A DNA stretch of 64,000 nucleotides from Octopus vulgaris (lineage: Eukaryota): the NCBI GenBank assembly GCA_951406725.2, contig OX597821.1:496001-560000 (forward strand). Reading direction: 5' to 3'. The position numbers and the translations under genes were made by a program. This document shows positions 29,066 to 43,711 of this stretch, piece by piece. Each line of letters begins with the position of its first letter. Position 1 is the stretch's first letter. The notes beneath the pieces are model-generated. The model saw only the letters and a program-made list of their open reading frames with translations, was not told the origin of the DNA and made no database searches.

Positions 29066-30104
29066 GTGGTATATAAAAAAGGCCAAATAAGCAATAGCAA
29101 GCTCTCCTTTTCTTCTTCCTCTCCATTATTCAACATTGCTCTCCCTGTCTTCTTTTGCTTCTTTTCCTCTCCTCCTCCTCCTCCTCTCTCTCTAAGCCTC
29201 CTTCTCTTCACCACACACACACACACACACTTATGTAAACACTCCATTAGCTACTTGTTTTCTTTGTTTTACGTATGTGTGTGTGTGTGTGTGTGTCTGT
29301 GTATGTGTACGTGACAGTATATGTGTGTGTGTTTGATCAAAGATTGAGCGCAGAGAAAGAGGGAGAGGGTGGGGGTGGGTGGGAGCAGAGTGTCAAATAT
29401 ATTGAGGGAAAGAGAAAGAGAGAGGGAGAGAGAGAGGTAGTGATCAGAAAAAATGGGAGTAGGAGGAGGCTGTGCAAGATTGAAAAGAGAGTGAAAAAGA
29501 GGGGGAAAAGGGTTAAAGAAACTGGAAAAGAATTAGAATAGACAGTAGGTGGTGGAGGAAGGAGGAGCTGGGTTTTTGGGGGTAGTGATGATGATGCAGA
29601 GCAGGGTGGACGTGGTGGTGGTAGAAGGGGGTGGAAGTTTAAAAATTCTCCTTGTCCTTAATGCATTTTTTATATACTCCAGCTTGTTCAGCACTTCTGA
29701 GCAGGTCCCATATTGCTGATGATGATGATGATGATGATGATTGTGATTGGTGGACTAGAAAGATAGGTAGATAGGTAGGTAGGCCTAGTATGGCGATGGT
29801 GGTGATGGTGACCATAGAATAAGAAGTGGGGTGGAGTGGGGTGGGAGCAGGGAAGTTAGACATAGTAAGTAGTCAGAACTTGACAAAAGACCCTTACTGC
29901 CTCCCCCCCTCCCACACCCATTCCCACATCCACCCACACCCTCTCGTTCGCTCTTCCCCCACCACCACCAACACACATGCACTCGCATATATGTACCTGA
30001 TTAGACAGATACACCCATGCATGTTTAAGGACACACTTTTGTAAAATACATCTTACACAAAGAACCAAACATATACAGACATATGCAAGATGCCACAAGA
30101 CAAA

Positions 30105-30141
<37 letters not shown>

Positions 30142-30357
30142 CAATACCTAATGGAGCAAGAAAAAAAAAGGAAAGAAAGAGAAATAATAAAACAAAAAAC
30201 TAATCCACCCTAAAAGAGAGATATCAGGGTGGGGTTAGGAGGTAGTGTGAGAGAAAGAGAGAGAGAAAGAAGTGCTTGTGTGTGTGTGTGTATATACACA
30301 CATGTATATATATATATATATATAACTGTGTGTAATGCTTGAAAGAGGTAGAGATAA

Positions 30358-30400
<43 letters not shown>

Positions 30401-31222
30401 AGTGAGAGAGGAAAGAGAGATAGATACCACAATGAAAAATAAAGCTTCTTCAAGTTCTGTTAAATGTTGACAGGGTTTCCTCCATCACTCCACACCCCTC
30501 TGCCCCCCCCCCGATCTGCTTCATCTCACCCAACCACGACCACCGCCACAACCACCGCCACCACCTTAATGACTGCATAGATTTTACCATCACAGCAACC
30601 TTGGGTTTTCCACCCTTTTCTCCATCATCCCTGCTACTACTACCACAACTAATACTACCAACACCACCAACACCACCACTACCATCACCACCACCACCGC
30701 CCTTACCCTCCCCACATACCACCGTCCTTTCCATCAACTTCCTTCTGTCCTTCTACTCTTCCCTTCACCCATTCAGACATCCTGCCCCCACCCCCAAACG
30801 CATCCTAACCCTAGCTAACTACCACATCCACCCTGAACCCCCTAACCAACGAATCCATTCATGCATCCACCCATCCACCTATCCAGGACCATATATGCAT
30901 TCATGCATGAATTTAGACAGACTCTCCCTCTCTCTTTCTTCCTCTCTCTCTCCCTCACCTTTCTTCCATCTCTTCCAGTCCAACCTGCCCACCCACCCAT
31001 TACACCCTGCACCATGCCATGCGCACACTTCATCCCTTTTCTGCCCCTGCTTCCCTAGACTCCATGCCTCTCAGCCCCCACCATGCCCCCCCTACATCTC
31101 CTCCTCCTCCTGCTACCCTTTTTTCCCTCTACCTCCTGACTGCTACCTCTTTCTTCCACCTCGCCTCCTTCCTCCCCACCACTGCTCGCTCCACCACTTC
31201 CACCTCCATCTTATAAGAGATG

Positions 31223-31468
31223 CTGCCGCCGCTGCCACCACCACCACCACCACCTCTGCCACTGCCGCCGCTGCCACCACCACCGCCACCACCTCTGCCA
31301 CTGCCGCCGCTGCCACCACCACCGCCACCACCTCTGCCACTGCCGCCGCTGCCACCACCACCGCCACCACCTCTGCCACTGCCGCCGCTGCCACCACCAC
31401 CGCCACCACCCCTGCCACCACCACCGCCACCACCCCTGCCACTGCCGCAACTACCACCGCCACCACTG
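31223..31468. repeat. GC-rich 39-bp minisatellite, ~5-6 units
   Basis: Unit CACCTCTGCCACTGCCGCCGCTGCCACCACCACCGCCAC recurs at 31251, 31290, 31329 and 31368. Confidence 0.9.
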
Positions 31469-31645
31469 TTAGGTCACAGGTAAACAACTACCATGATACT
31501 TTTTTTGTTTAGAAAATTTCGTGCAGAAGGTTCTGTATGTGTGTGTGTGTGTGTCTGTGTGCATGTATGAGGGCATGCAGGTGTGTGTGTATGTGTATGT
31601 ATGTTTGTGTGTGTCCTGGAATCACTTTGAGGTGTGGGGAGATCC

Positions 31646-31679
<34 letters not shown>

Positions 31680-31817
31680 AGAACATACATAGACACACAC
31701 ACACACACATATCCCAATCATTGAATTTTAGGTCACCGTGGTAACCAGTTATTTTATGTGAGAAGAAAAAGAAGAAAAAGAAAATTGAAACAGAAAATGA
31801 AGGTAGATCATAAAGGA

Positions 31818-31851
<34 letters not shown>

Positions 31852-31891
31852 CAGTGAAGTATAAATGATGTTCCTAATCTAGTAAGGAGTA

Positions 31892-31930
<39 letters not shown>

Positions 31931-32039
31931 CATATATATGCACACATACATGCATACATAACACTTACAGGAATACACAAATAGCTCACTTATACAGATA
32001 GATAGATAGATGGGTGGAAGATGGATATATATACATATA

Positions 32040-32143
<104 letters not shown>

Positions 32144-32437
32144 GGATAGATGGATAGATGGACTGATAGATAAATGGATTGATAGATAGCTAGATAGAGA
32201 GAATGCTACATAGAGAAACTCTGTGTGAGAGAGAGAGAGAGAGAGAGGGAGAGAGAAAGACAGAGTGAGTGAGTGATGGTGGCGGTGGTGGCGGTGGTGG
32301 CGGTGGTGGTGATGTTGTAACTCCCAGCTCAATCCTGGTCCATTGTGTAAGAATGGATCAATGGAACATGCTGGAGTGCTTTGCTTTCTTTCTCTCTGTT
32401 TTATTTTTCGAGTTCTTTGACTCATTTTTTTAACCCC

Positions 32438-32485
<48 letters not shown>

Positions 32486-32929
32486 GTGGGTGGGTGTGTA
32501 AATATGTATGTGTGTGAGTGTGTGTTGTGTTCTTTCTCTTTTATTTTATTCATTTCTTTTTTCAAAGTGTTTATAGTTGTTTTAAAAGGTGTATGTATGT
32601 GTTTGTGTGTGCATAAAAGAAACAGAAACAATGGCAGCACACACATGCATGTATGTCCAATGTGTGTGCATATATATATGTATGTATGTATATAAACACA
32701 TATCTTTAAACATGTATATGTAGGTTTATGTATGTATATATATATTTATTTAAATGTGTATGTATATAAGTACATGCATGTAAAATGCGTGTGCATATGT
32801 GGCATGCATGTGTGATGCAGATTATTTTGGTTTTTGACGTATACTTTATATTTTCCTTTGGCATTCTGCATCTCTAAACTGATGACTGAGATAACAGAGG
32901 TGGTGGCTATGAGAGAGTGGCAGTATTAT

Positions 32930-32968
<39 letters not shown>

Positions 32969-33590
32969 ATGTTAATTGTGGTTGCAGTGTTAATCGTTGC
33001 AGTGTTGGCAGCGATGAGGTGCATACCTATAGGCAGGTCAATGACCCCTTTATCTGTCAGCACATGCCTCATTGTCATCATTGTCATTGTTAGCATCACT
33101 GTTGATTTTTGGGTCCTCTTTTTCTTGCCAAGCTTGCAAGGGTGAGACAGAATTCATTGAGGTAGATTTGCTACAGCCAGACAAGTTTTCACGGAAGAAT
33201 GGAAATGAACAACACTGCTTGTACAACAGTGACACTCGTTTACATCTTTCATGTGATGTCAAGTAAAAAAGATGCAAATGTACACACACACACACACATA
33301 CAGATACATACAGACATATACACACAAACTTATACATACACAAATTTATACATACACATAAACATGTGCGCATGCATTCATACAGAGAATACTTTCAAAC
33401 ATATATATATGCAGTAGGCTTCTTTCAGTTTCCACCTATGAAATTCACTCACAAGGCTCTGGCGCTTTGGTTGGCCTGGGGTTAAATTAGAAGACGTCAG
33501 CTTAAGGTGCCACGCAATGGGACTGAACCCAAAACCTTGTAGTTGGGAAGCAAACATGTCTGTACTTACTGTGTAGCGAAACAGAATTAA

Positions 33591-33832
33591 TCCTTCCATT
33601 ACTAACCCAGCTGAAACCAGCTCTGGCTCTGAGTACAAATGTCTTGTTTTCTTAAGTTTTGAATTAAGATCTTCCACCAAACCTTAGTCACAATTTATGT
33701 TTCTAACACTAGCTTAATGATAACTAAGTTATTTTACTAAATTCTTTGTTATATTTAAAATTAATTGAAAGAAACACAGAGTATCTCAGGTTCTGACAAA
33801 AGGCCAGTGTGTGAAATTTGTTAGCTGAAGGG
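33591..33832. mobile_element. piggyBac-type MITE, degenerate
   Basis: TTAA|TCCTTC...GAAGGG|TTAG termini. Confidence 0.5.
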
Positions 33833-34594
33833 TTAGTCACAGCCTACTGTACAAGAAGAACAAGTGAACAAACTTGTTGGAACTGCATATGAGCATGTGC
33901 TTGTGTGTGTGTATGTTTGTTGAAGTAACTTTGGCATCTAGGAAGTAAAGTCTTTGTTGTGCTACACTCTCATATGAATTTGTCATCATGTGAGCCAATG
34001 ACAGGAAAGCATATCTATCATTTTTAACACAAAAGGTAGTCATATGTGCTGAGTCCTCAATGACAATAATTGAAACACACACCACACACATTATACATAT
34101 ATTATATATTATCATTTTTATGTCTGCTTTTGGCATTGGTTAGGGTGTGTGTGTGTGTGTGTGTATATATATTATATATGTACATACATTTGTCCTTTAT
34201 TACTGGCTGAAGCAAATTTTTTCCAGCTCGATGTTCTTCCTGGTATCAAACCTTAGGTGTTTCCCCAAGTATGGAATTTCCATTCCACTACTCCTTAAAT
34301 ATTGAAAGAAAAACTATGAGTATTTTGCTATCTGGAGAATGTTAACAAAGCCACCATCTGTTTTTACTCAAGTGGTATCAATAAAACACATGGAAACAAC
34401 ATTCACACACACACATTCATACATATTTACATATACAAGAAGCTTCTTCTCAGACTCCACGACTCTGTTTACAATCACAAGACATTTGTCAGCTTGAGGC
34501 TATAGCATAGGAGATACTTGCCCAAGGCACCATGATCAAACTAGGAGCCATGTGAACTTCATACACATTATTTTATTAAAAGATGAGAATTTAT

Positions 34595-34683
34595 TTATAT
34601 CTATCTATCTATCTGTCTGTTTATCCATCCATCTGTCTATCTCTCTATCTGTCTATCCATCTGTCTATTCACCTATGTATCTG

Positions 34684-34737
<54 letters not shown>

Positions 34738-34871
34738 CATCCATCCATCCATCCGTCCATCCATCTGTCTATCCATCTGTCTATCCATCTGTCTACCCAC
34801 CTATCTATCCGTCTATCTATCTATCCGTCTATCTATCTATCTATCCATCTACCTATCTATCCATCTATCTG

Positions 34872-34921
<50 letters not shown>

Positions 34922-35010
34922 CATCCATCCATCCATCCAACTGTGTCTGTATATCTATCTATTTGTCTATCTATCTGACAATTTGTCTATCAATCAATCA
35001 ATCAATCAAT
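34595..35010. repeat. (TATC)n/(TCCA)n microsatellite
   Basis: Directly visible. Confidence 0.9.
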
Positions 35011-35281
35011 CATAGAAAACAAAATGTGAGAGTTTGTTTATAAGATATTTAGTGAGTAAATATCTTATAAACTTTAATCTTGCATTCACTGAATCGTGAT
35101 ATCGGGTGATCATTGAATATTCCCACGACAAACCAATTTCATGTTTGGTTTCCTCTTCATATATTGAACTTGAAAACACTGGGTTGGGAAGTGTACTTCT
35201 TAACCACACATCCATGTCTGTATTTATACATGCACCCATATGCATACACAAATGCACACAAACACAAACACGCATATATAC

Positions 35282-38200
35282 ATTATTATGGCTGCCCCCT
35301 CGTTATCGAGTATGGCCATTGCACGAAGCTTAACTGTTACTGGTGCTGTGATCGAATGTGACGTTTTAGCCCAGCTAAAGATCTACAATGTCTTGTACAA
35401 AATTGGCAACTAAAACCTTTACCGGTAATAGCCGGCTGTAGTTGTAACTGGGCTTCATGTACCTTTGCATGTCGTTTAAGTCCTCCTGCCGAATTACACT
35501 CTCTTCCACATGCCCGACAGATATGATTAGCATGGTGTGTTACACCACCACCAGTGGCCAGTTTGTCACTCATCTGTCTCGTTTTATGACTACGAAGATG
35601 ACTCATGAGTCCAGCTTTACTGAGTCAGGGTCTTGCACAGACATTGCATGTCAGAATCAAAGGAAGACCCTTCCCTTCTGGAAGTGTAACAGTGATGCCC
35701 TTCCTGACATCCCTCCTTACTTTCTCATGTGCAACTCGAGATTTCTCAAACATGGCTGTCCTCTCATGCACAATCCTTCTCCACCTGCTACGATCAATAG
35801 CTATGCCTTCTCATGTGTCAGGAGAGATGCAAGCATCTTTTAAGGAAGCCTTCAGCAAGACCTTATACCTCCTTTTTTGGTTTATGTGGAGGTCATTCTC
35901 CTTTAGCTAACTCTCCATAAAAGAGTTGTTTTGGCATCCTTGAATCCTTCATTCTGACCAGATGACCACTCCATCTGAGCCTTTGCTTTAACACAAGAGC
36001 TTCTATACTTTCACACCGAGAGCCTTCGAGTATTTAAAGATCACTGATGCGGTCCTTCCACTTAATGCTATAGATCCGTCTGAGGCACATCTGATGGAAA
36101 CGTTCCAGTTGTTTAAAATGGTATCGATATGTGACCCACATCTCGCAGGCATAGAGGGAGCACACATGCCTTGTACACCTTTATCTTTGTCTTTCTACAT
36201 ATGTCTCGCCGACTCCAGAGGCACTTTTCTAGCCTTCCGAAAGTAACACTTGCTTTCCTAATTCTATATGGAATTTCATCATCCACATTGTCATATCTAT
36301 TAATAGTGCTTCCCAGGTAGACAAACTGATTGACTACATCAAGTCGTTTACCATTCACATAGATATTTGGTACACTATACTGCTTACCAGGGGCAGGTTA
36401 ATGCATGACAACAGTTTTCTTGAGATTGACTGTCAATCCTAAGGCAGTGCAAGCATCAGAGAATGCATTCAAATATGTTGCATATCAATCTCTGTGTGCG
36501 CTACTAGCTCACAATCATCAGCATACAAAAGGTCTCTTATGATAGAGGTAAATATCTTTGTTTTTGCAGCAAGGCGCCTGATATTAAATATGCTGCCAGA
36601 GGTTTGATAATGGACGTAAACACCGTATCTGCAGTCTCTGAATGCAATACAGAACACCATCGCGAAATATATGGAAAATAGGGTCGGTGCCAGAATATCC
36701 CTCTGTTTCACTCCGTTTTGTATTAAAATGGGCTCCGACATCTTCCCTCTAACATTCACCCAACCATTCATGTCTTTATGAAAAGACCTAACCAAAGCAA
36801 GGAACTTTTCAGGACACCCAAGTTTCCAGAGGACTTTCCACAATGCTTTTCTATTGACGGTATCAAAGGCTTTTGTCAGATCGACAAACACCTGATACAA
36901 ATTCAGACCCTGTTCCACACACTTTTCCTGAAGCTGTCTAGCTGAAAAAATCATATCAGCAGTGCCACGTCCCACATGAAAGCCAGATTGACTTTCTGGA
37001 AGTACACAATCTGCAATGTATTTCAGCAGATGATCCAGGAGTATCCTGCATAAAACCTTTCCTACAGCAGACAGCAATGATACTCCCCTATAATTACCAC
37101 AATCATTCCTGTTGCCCTTTCCCTTATACAGGACCACCATTACTGCATCTCTCCAGTCCTCAGGTACAGATTCACTAGTCCATACCTTACCAAACAAAGA
37201 GTGAAGTTTCTGCAGAATTTTCTCACCACCATGCTGTAACAACTCCGCATGTATGCCATCCATACCCGAAGACTTCCCATTATTCAACCTAGAGACAGCC
37301 ATTGCAACTTCTTCCAACTTTGGTGGTTCTGCGAGTGCTGCCTTCACAGGCAATCCAGGGATGAGATTGAGAACATCCTCACTAACTACAGACTGCTCAT
37401 TCAAAAGTTCATCAAAGTGTTCTTGCCACCTTCGCAGAATTCCTTGTGAATCACGAAGAAGTTCTTTACCATCCCTGCTTCGAATTGGTGTCATCAGGGA
37501 AGACGTCGGTCCATAAACTTCTCGCAAGAGACCATACAACAGCTTTGTGTTATTGGAATCTGATGCCGCCTGTATCTCGTCAGCCTTCTTACTCCACCAC
37601 GTATCCCTCATCTGAGAGAGCTTTTGCCTCACACGTGATTTTACGTCCTTGAGTTCCCTATGCAACACTTCCCTTTCCTGTGACTTTGCTGACAAATAGC
37701 GTGACAAAGTACGTCTTTTATCAGCCAATAAATCATCTATATGTTCATCATTTTCCTTGAACCAATCTTGATGCTTTCTTTGTATCAATCCCAGAACTTT
37801 CTTGCCTATATCATAAACTGACTTTTTAAGGGTCGGCCAATCCTCCCCAATATCTTCAGCATTCATTTCCTCTCGTAAAGTTCTCTTCACACTATTATAC
37901 CTAAGACGATCAACATTCAGTCTTTTAGGCAGGGTCATCTCTGCAGCTCGGATTTTATGTTTTGTGACTAATTTCACATTTGCACGTACTTGGCGGTGGT
38001 CAGTCCAACACTCAGCTCCACGAAGAACACGAACACACTGCACATCTTGTCTGTCACACACCCTAACTAGGATGTAATCCAGAATATGCAATTCTTTAGA
38101 TGCAGGGTGCATCCATGTAGTCTTAAGATTATTCTTTTGTTGAAACACGGTATTGGTAACACACAGACTCAGCTCCTCACACATCTGCAGCCATTACTAT

Positions 38201-39235
38201 GCCATTACTATTACACTTCCCCACCCGATGCTTTCCAATTACAGTCCACGTTAAAATCCCTACCCACTCTAGCATTAAAGTCACCCAGTACGATGACTTT
38301 GTCTGCCCGAGATCAGTATAGAACATAGTTGGAGCATACACACTCACCAAGGTCATATAATTTCCTTTAGCCAAAGGAATTCTCATGGACATAAGACGCT
38401 CGTTAATTCCGATTGGGAATTCTTCCAACTTGTCCACAAGAGTAGTCTTAACAGCAAATGCCACTCCAGCTTCTCCTCTAAGCTCTTCATCTCTCCCTTT
38501 CCAAAAGAATGTATATTTTCCCAAGATTCTGTAAGATTACCATCTCCAGGTAATCTCGTCTCAGATAAAGCAACGATGTCAAGATCATAGTGTTGAAGCT
38601 CCTTCGCAACAAGCGCAGTCCTTCTTTCAGGACATTCAGAGGACTTGCGGTCAAGCAGTGTCCGTACATTCCAACAACCAATATTCATTATTTTCTTTGA
38701 TTCTATCACAGTAGCATGATGACGGCTGGGTTCAGACTGTGATGCTCTGGAGCCCCTGCCGGGCCAGACTCTTTCAGCTGATGTGGTTCCAGAGTCCTTA
38801 CTGCCATTTATTTTTATACTGTTTTGGTACATCATTGATTTTTGCTTTTTAAGGCTACAGTAAGCCATTCAGTTGAGACTCACAGCACTATCAACAGTCA
38901 TGAATTAGTTAATCACTTTAATCAATCCAATGTAGTTATCATGCAATACCTGTGCAAAAAGATCTTTTTTAAAGTGAGGAAAGGCTATGCACTGAGTCAA
39001 TCCCACTCACTAAGCAACAGCAGCCATAATCCGAAAAGAAGAACAAGTCAACATCATCGGTAACCACTGAGCCGCAGGTTTTATGTCGCAGTTATCCCAG
39101 TTACCTGAGTTACCTTCTCCTAGAAGGATGCCCTGACAAAGGCTAGGGGTCCTTCACTCCCCATGGTTTAACCATGCGATCGGGTATTCAGTCCGATTAT
39201 TTCTATGTCCCCTCGCATGATACAGCCTTAAGCAT
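35282..39235 (-). mobile_element. RTE-clade LINE, near full length, decayed
   Basis: APE endonuclease motifs (IGCWNVRTL, IVALSETRL, GVAFAV, VSVYAPT, LDYILV), RT motifs (NYRGVSLL, FVDLTKAFDTV, LLYADD), C-terminal C2H2 fingers, (ATA)n tail at 35282-35290, RTE-like 5' UTR motif GGGCATCCTTCTAGGAGAAGG near 39113-39133. The 5' boundary is approximate; no TSD found. Confidence 0.92.
35337..38688 (-). pseudogene. Frameshifted and stop-interrupted EN-RT polyprotein of the RTE LINE
   Basis: Domain continuity across ORF pieces 38383-38868, 38177-38524, 36469-38184, 36113-36358 and 35337-35606. Confidence 0.9.
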
Positions 39236-39590
39236 TAAGAAAAAGAAAAAGAAAAAAAGAAAAGAAACACATTTATTGGATGGCTGTTGACTCTCATGAG
39301 TTCCTCCGCCCTTTGACGGGTTTTGTTTTTTATCCCGCAGGGTGTCCAATAAGCTTGGTGGGGTTGCCGGTTTAGTCGCCGACGACCCGACCATGCAACA
39401 GGTTGTTCTGGGTTACATGTTACCAGTAGCACTCGAAAGTGACCTGACATACAAAAAAATACAGTTATATATACAATCAAAAGATGTAAGGATACAATGG
39501 TTGGTGATATATACATGTATATATATACATACATGTATACACACATATACACATATTTACATATATACACATATATATATATTAACATAT

Positions 39591-39623
<33 letters not shown>

Positions 39624-40427
39624 CTCACATATACACATATATGCAAATGTGTGTGTGTGTATCATCATCATTGTTTAACATCCGCTTTCCATGCTAGCAT
39701 GGGTTGGATGATTTGACTGAGGTCTGGCGAACCAGATGGCTGCATATATATATATATATATATATACATAGACACACATCCACACATATATATGAATATA
39801 TACATACATTCATATATACACATATGTACACATGCAAATGCATGCAGAGGTAAGTAGACAGAGGTAAATATATTAAACCATACTAAACATGAGTATTAAC
39901 CTATCAATAACTGCTAAGTGGTAAAACAACAACAACACACAAAGTAAACAACAATAAAAAACAAACACACACAACATAATATATTCTAAGGAAATTTTCC
40001 AAACAACAAATAACAACGGAAAGGGAAAAGACAAAAAGAAATCAATAAAATTTTTTCCTGGCAAAACAAGAATCTGAGGAATCTGAACAAAATAAGAATA
40101 TAAAAGGAACAAAAAGAGGCAAAAAGAAAAGAAAAATGGTAAAATCCAACAGTTGAAGCTCTTGAAGCCATATGGCATGGCTAAACTGCTGCCATCGAAA
40201 TGTGTTAACCGTTTTTCCAGACGATATCCACCGACCACAATCTCATGATTACAGAATCGTAATATTGGCAGAGCAGAAGCTGTTCTAGAGGAATTTTCCA
40301 AACATGGACGGAGAAATATGCTACCATGGAAACCAAATACAGACAGCAAACACAAAGAAAGAACAAAAAAATAAATACATAGAAGAAACTGCGATACTAA
40401 TGAAACAAAAATTAATAACAATAAGAG

Positions 40428-40471
<44 letters not shown>

Positions 40472-41574
40472 TTTGTCTCTCTCTATCTACCTTTCCCTGT
40501 CTTTCTTTCTCTCTCATCTCACCCTCATTTTTAGTTCTTCGAAGTTGGAATTCCTTCAAATTACGCTTTATTTGGTTACGACATGAAATGCTACCTTAAT
40601 TAAATTTCTCAGCTTCCATGTGCGTGTGTGTGTGTGTGTGTGTGTGCGTGAGTGCATGCACATGTGTGTATATATATGCATATATAATGATAGTGCCTAT
40701 AGATTTTGAATTAGGCACATGTGCATATGCATGTAAACATGTGTATTTCTGTGTTCTACTTTCTCTCTCTCATATATATATATACACACACACACTCACA
40801 CAATTTATACACATAGGCATAACATACACACACATATATGGACATGTGTGTTCATAATACATGTAAATATATGCACATAGTTGTGCATTTGCATGTATGT
40901 ATGCAGGTTGATGAGAGTGTATGTGCATGTGTGTGTGGGTAGAGTAGATGAAACCATAGCGACTGAAGAAGGGGTTTTTTCGTTGTGTTAATTGTCCTGT
41001 ACTCTATTTTTTTGTTGTTTTAAAAAAATGTCCAGTTCCTTGGGTTTGTGTCTATGTTTTCGTTTCTCTTTGTGTTCGACGTCCTTTTGGTGTCCTGTAC
41101 TCATATATGCGTGTATATGTACATGTAGAGGTAGGTACGTACATATATGTTTGTATATATGCATATGTTTTATTTCATTTATTAATATATATATATATAA
41201 TATATATATATAAACACACACACACACATACAAACATGTTCTGGTTCTTTGCACTCAAATTCCACTGAGGTCAACTTTGTCTTTCATCCTTCCAGCATCA
41301 ATAACCTAAAGTACCAATCTAGCGTTGCAATGCAGGATTGATTCTTCTCTTCTCTCTCTCATTATGTCTTGGGGAATCGGTTACACTACCCTAATCCCTC
41401 ACCCAACAATAGAAAAAACAACACATAAATATGAGAACATTGCCATTGCCTACCCACCCCTCACTCTCTCTGTTTCTCTAACCCTATACATTCTCTTGTA
41501 CCTTGAGGGTATCCTTCACCATCTCTCTCTCTCTTTCCAGCTGGGTAGCCATCTATCTCCTGCTCAGCAAGCTA

Positions 41575-41853
41575 CCTTCTTCCCGCTCCCCTACCATACT
41601 TTTACCATCTTTAATACTTTAATTCAACCAAGTGGTCTTGTCTTCCAAGTACTTGGTGACACCTCTAGTGCTGGTGCCATGAAAAAAGAAAGCATGCAGA
41701 ACACACTGTGAAGTGGTTGGCACGAGGAAGGGTGTCCAGCTGTAAAAACCAAACCAAAGTATTCATTGGAGCTTGGGACACTTATCTTGCTTGCTGATTC
41801 CCATTGAACTGTCTAACCAATGCCAGCATGCAAAAAAGATGCTAAATGATGAT
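41575..41853 (+). mobile_element. SINE family C, diverged
   Basis: GTGGTTGGCACGAGGAAGGGTGTCCAGCTGTAAAAACC and ...ATGCCAGCATG...GATGATG tail. Confidence 0.65.
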
Positions 41854-42100
41854 GTATACATAAACAAATGTACATATATATATATGACTTGTTATAAGGT
41901 ATGATCATCCATATATTCTTTATAACATATGTAAGAAGTTGACACTTTGCATGAATTATTTCATGGTATGGACTTAATATCATAGCCCCATATAATTCAA
42001 TTTCTATTGACACTTATTGTGCATTTTAGTGAAAAATACATTGCTATGTACCCTGTGAAATACATGTGGTTTGACCTCATCTATATCTAACTCTCTGTCT

Positions 42101-42131
<31 letters not shown>

Positions 42132-42422
42132 CTATTGTGCATGTGCTTGTGTGTGAGCGAGTGTGTGTGTGTGTGTGTGTGAGCAGACAAAAATTTGCAT
42201 GTATATAAAATAATGGGTCTGAAACTGGGGTTTTGCAATGGTTATGTGGTCTTGAGGGTAGCATTTACAGGCAGGATGTGTGTGTGTTTATACACAAACC
42301 TACATACATACATACATACACAAGCATTGTCACTATTAGTGTGACAGTGTATTTGCATACATGAAACATTATTGAACTAAACATTGTGTAGATACATATG
42401 TGTATGTATGTATGAATGCATG

Positions 42423-42455
<33 letters not shown>

Positions 42456-42846
42456 GCACACACTTACACACATGTTTTCATATCTATTGACTATTACACA
42501 ATTCTCAATTTGTCTGTTAGTCAGAGAATCTACAGCAAACCAGGCTTCAAATATGGCAATGTTCCAGAATGCTGAACTCTACAATGTAACCATGGCAACT
42601 AAGCATCTTCTACACTACATTTATGCAAGACTATGAATACCAGAGTTGACAGCTGTATCTAAATAAATAATTATGCATCCAGTGTCCCATGGTTAATGGT
42701 GTCATCTTCGTGGGTGAAGAAAACTGTACAAGCCATGTTATGCATATATGCATGCAGAAACTGGATGCAGAAAGTTGGAATATGTCAATAACTGCTGATA
42801 ATTGTCAATGTGTAAATGTATATGTGTGTATAGATACATACACATA

Positions 42847-42882
<36 letters not shown>

Positions 42883-43711
42883 TATATACGTATATATGCA
42901 TATATGTATGCATCTATATATGCACATATATACACATATATATACATATATGCATACATATACATATATATATATAAATATATATATATATACATATATA
43001 TATGTATGTATATATATGTATATGTATGTATGTATATATGTATATGTACATGTACATATATACATATATATATACATACATATATATATATACATATAAA
43101 TATACATACATATATATATATTAAGTATAGGAAAGAATGGAGCTGAACGAAGATTTAACAAAATTCCTTTATTTTATTTTCGACGACTGCTCACGAGGAG
43201 CCCATAAAAATAATGATAAAAAATGTCTATTTATAGGGGTTGACGCCAGATTGGATGAAAGCAGAAGAAATTGTCCGTTGAAATAGTTCAAGGGCAGAAT
43301 CAAGGTAGTAGAAGGAAGGTATAGGAAAATTAAAGAGTATGGATGTATTCTGTATGACTGGTGTTTATATTTGATTTATTTTATGAATGAGTGCTCAAAT
43401 GTATGAGTGTGTAAAATTGCCTTAATGTATGTGTGTGTGCGTCTTTGAATGAGTGAAAGTGTGTGTGGAATGCAGAGAGACAGTGAGATAGCAAGAATTA
43501 ACGGTCAAGAACTAAAAAGACTGTGTCTGTGTGTTTGAATGTGACAACTTAATAGGGAGAGGGTGGCCACAATAGCAATGACAAGATACAAGGTTACTGT
43601 TGGGATTGGTAGTAGTTCTTGGCAACTATGAGAAAGTTTTTTATACTAACAGGGATGAGGTATCACCTTTCAAATTTTTTTAGGAAGTCCAGGGGTTATC
43701 TATATTAGACT

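Noticed and set aside
35110-35170. Decayed hammerhead-like motif on the minus strand (ATGAAGAG...AAACCAA/TTGGTTT)
   Set aside because: C3 and the GAAA box are missing.
40940-41130. Repeat-like block starting CTGAAGAAGGGG
   Set aside because: No GAAA or stem III follows; single copy in the window, so no family could be supported.
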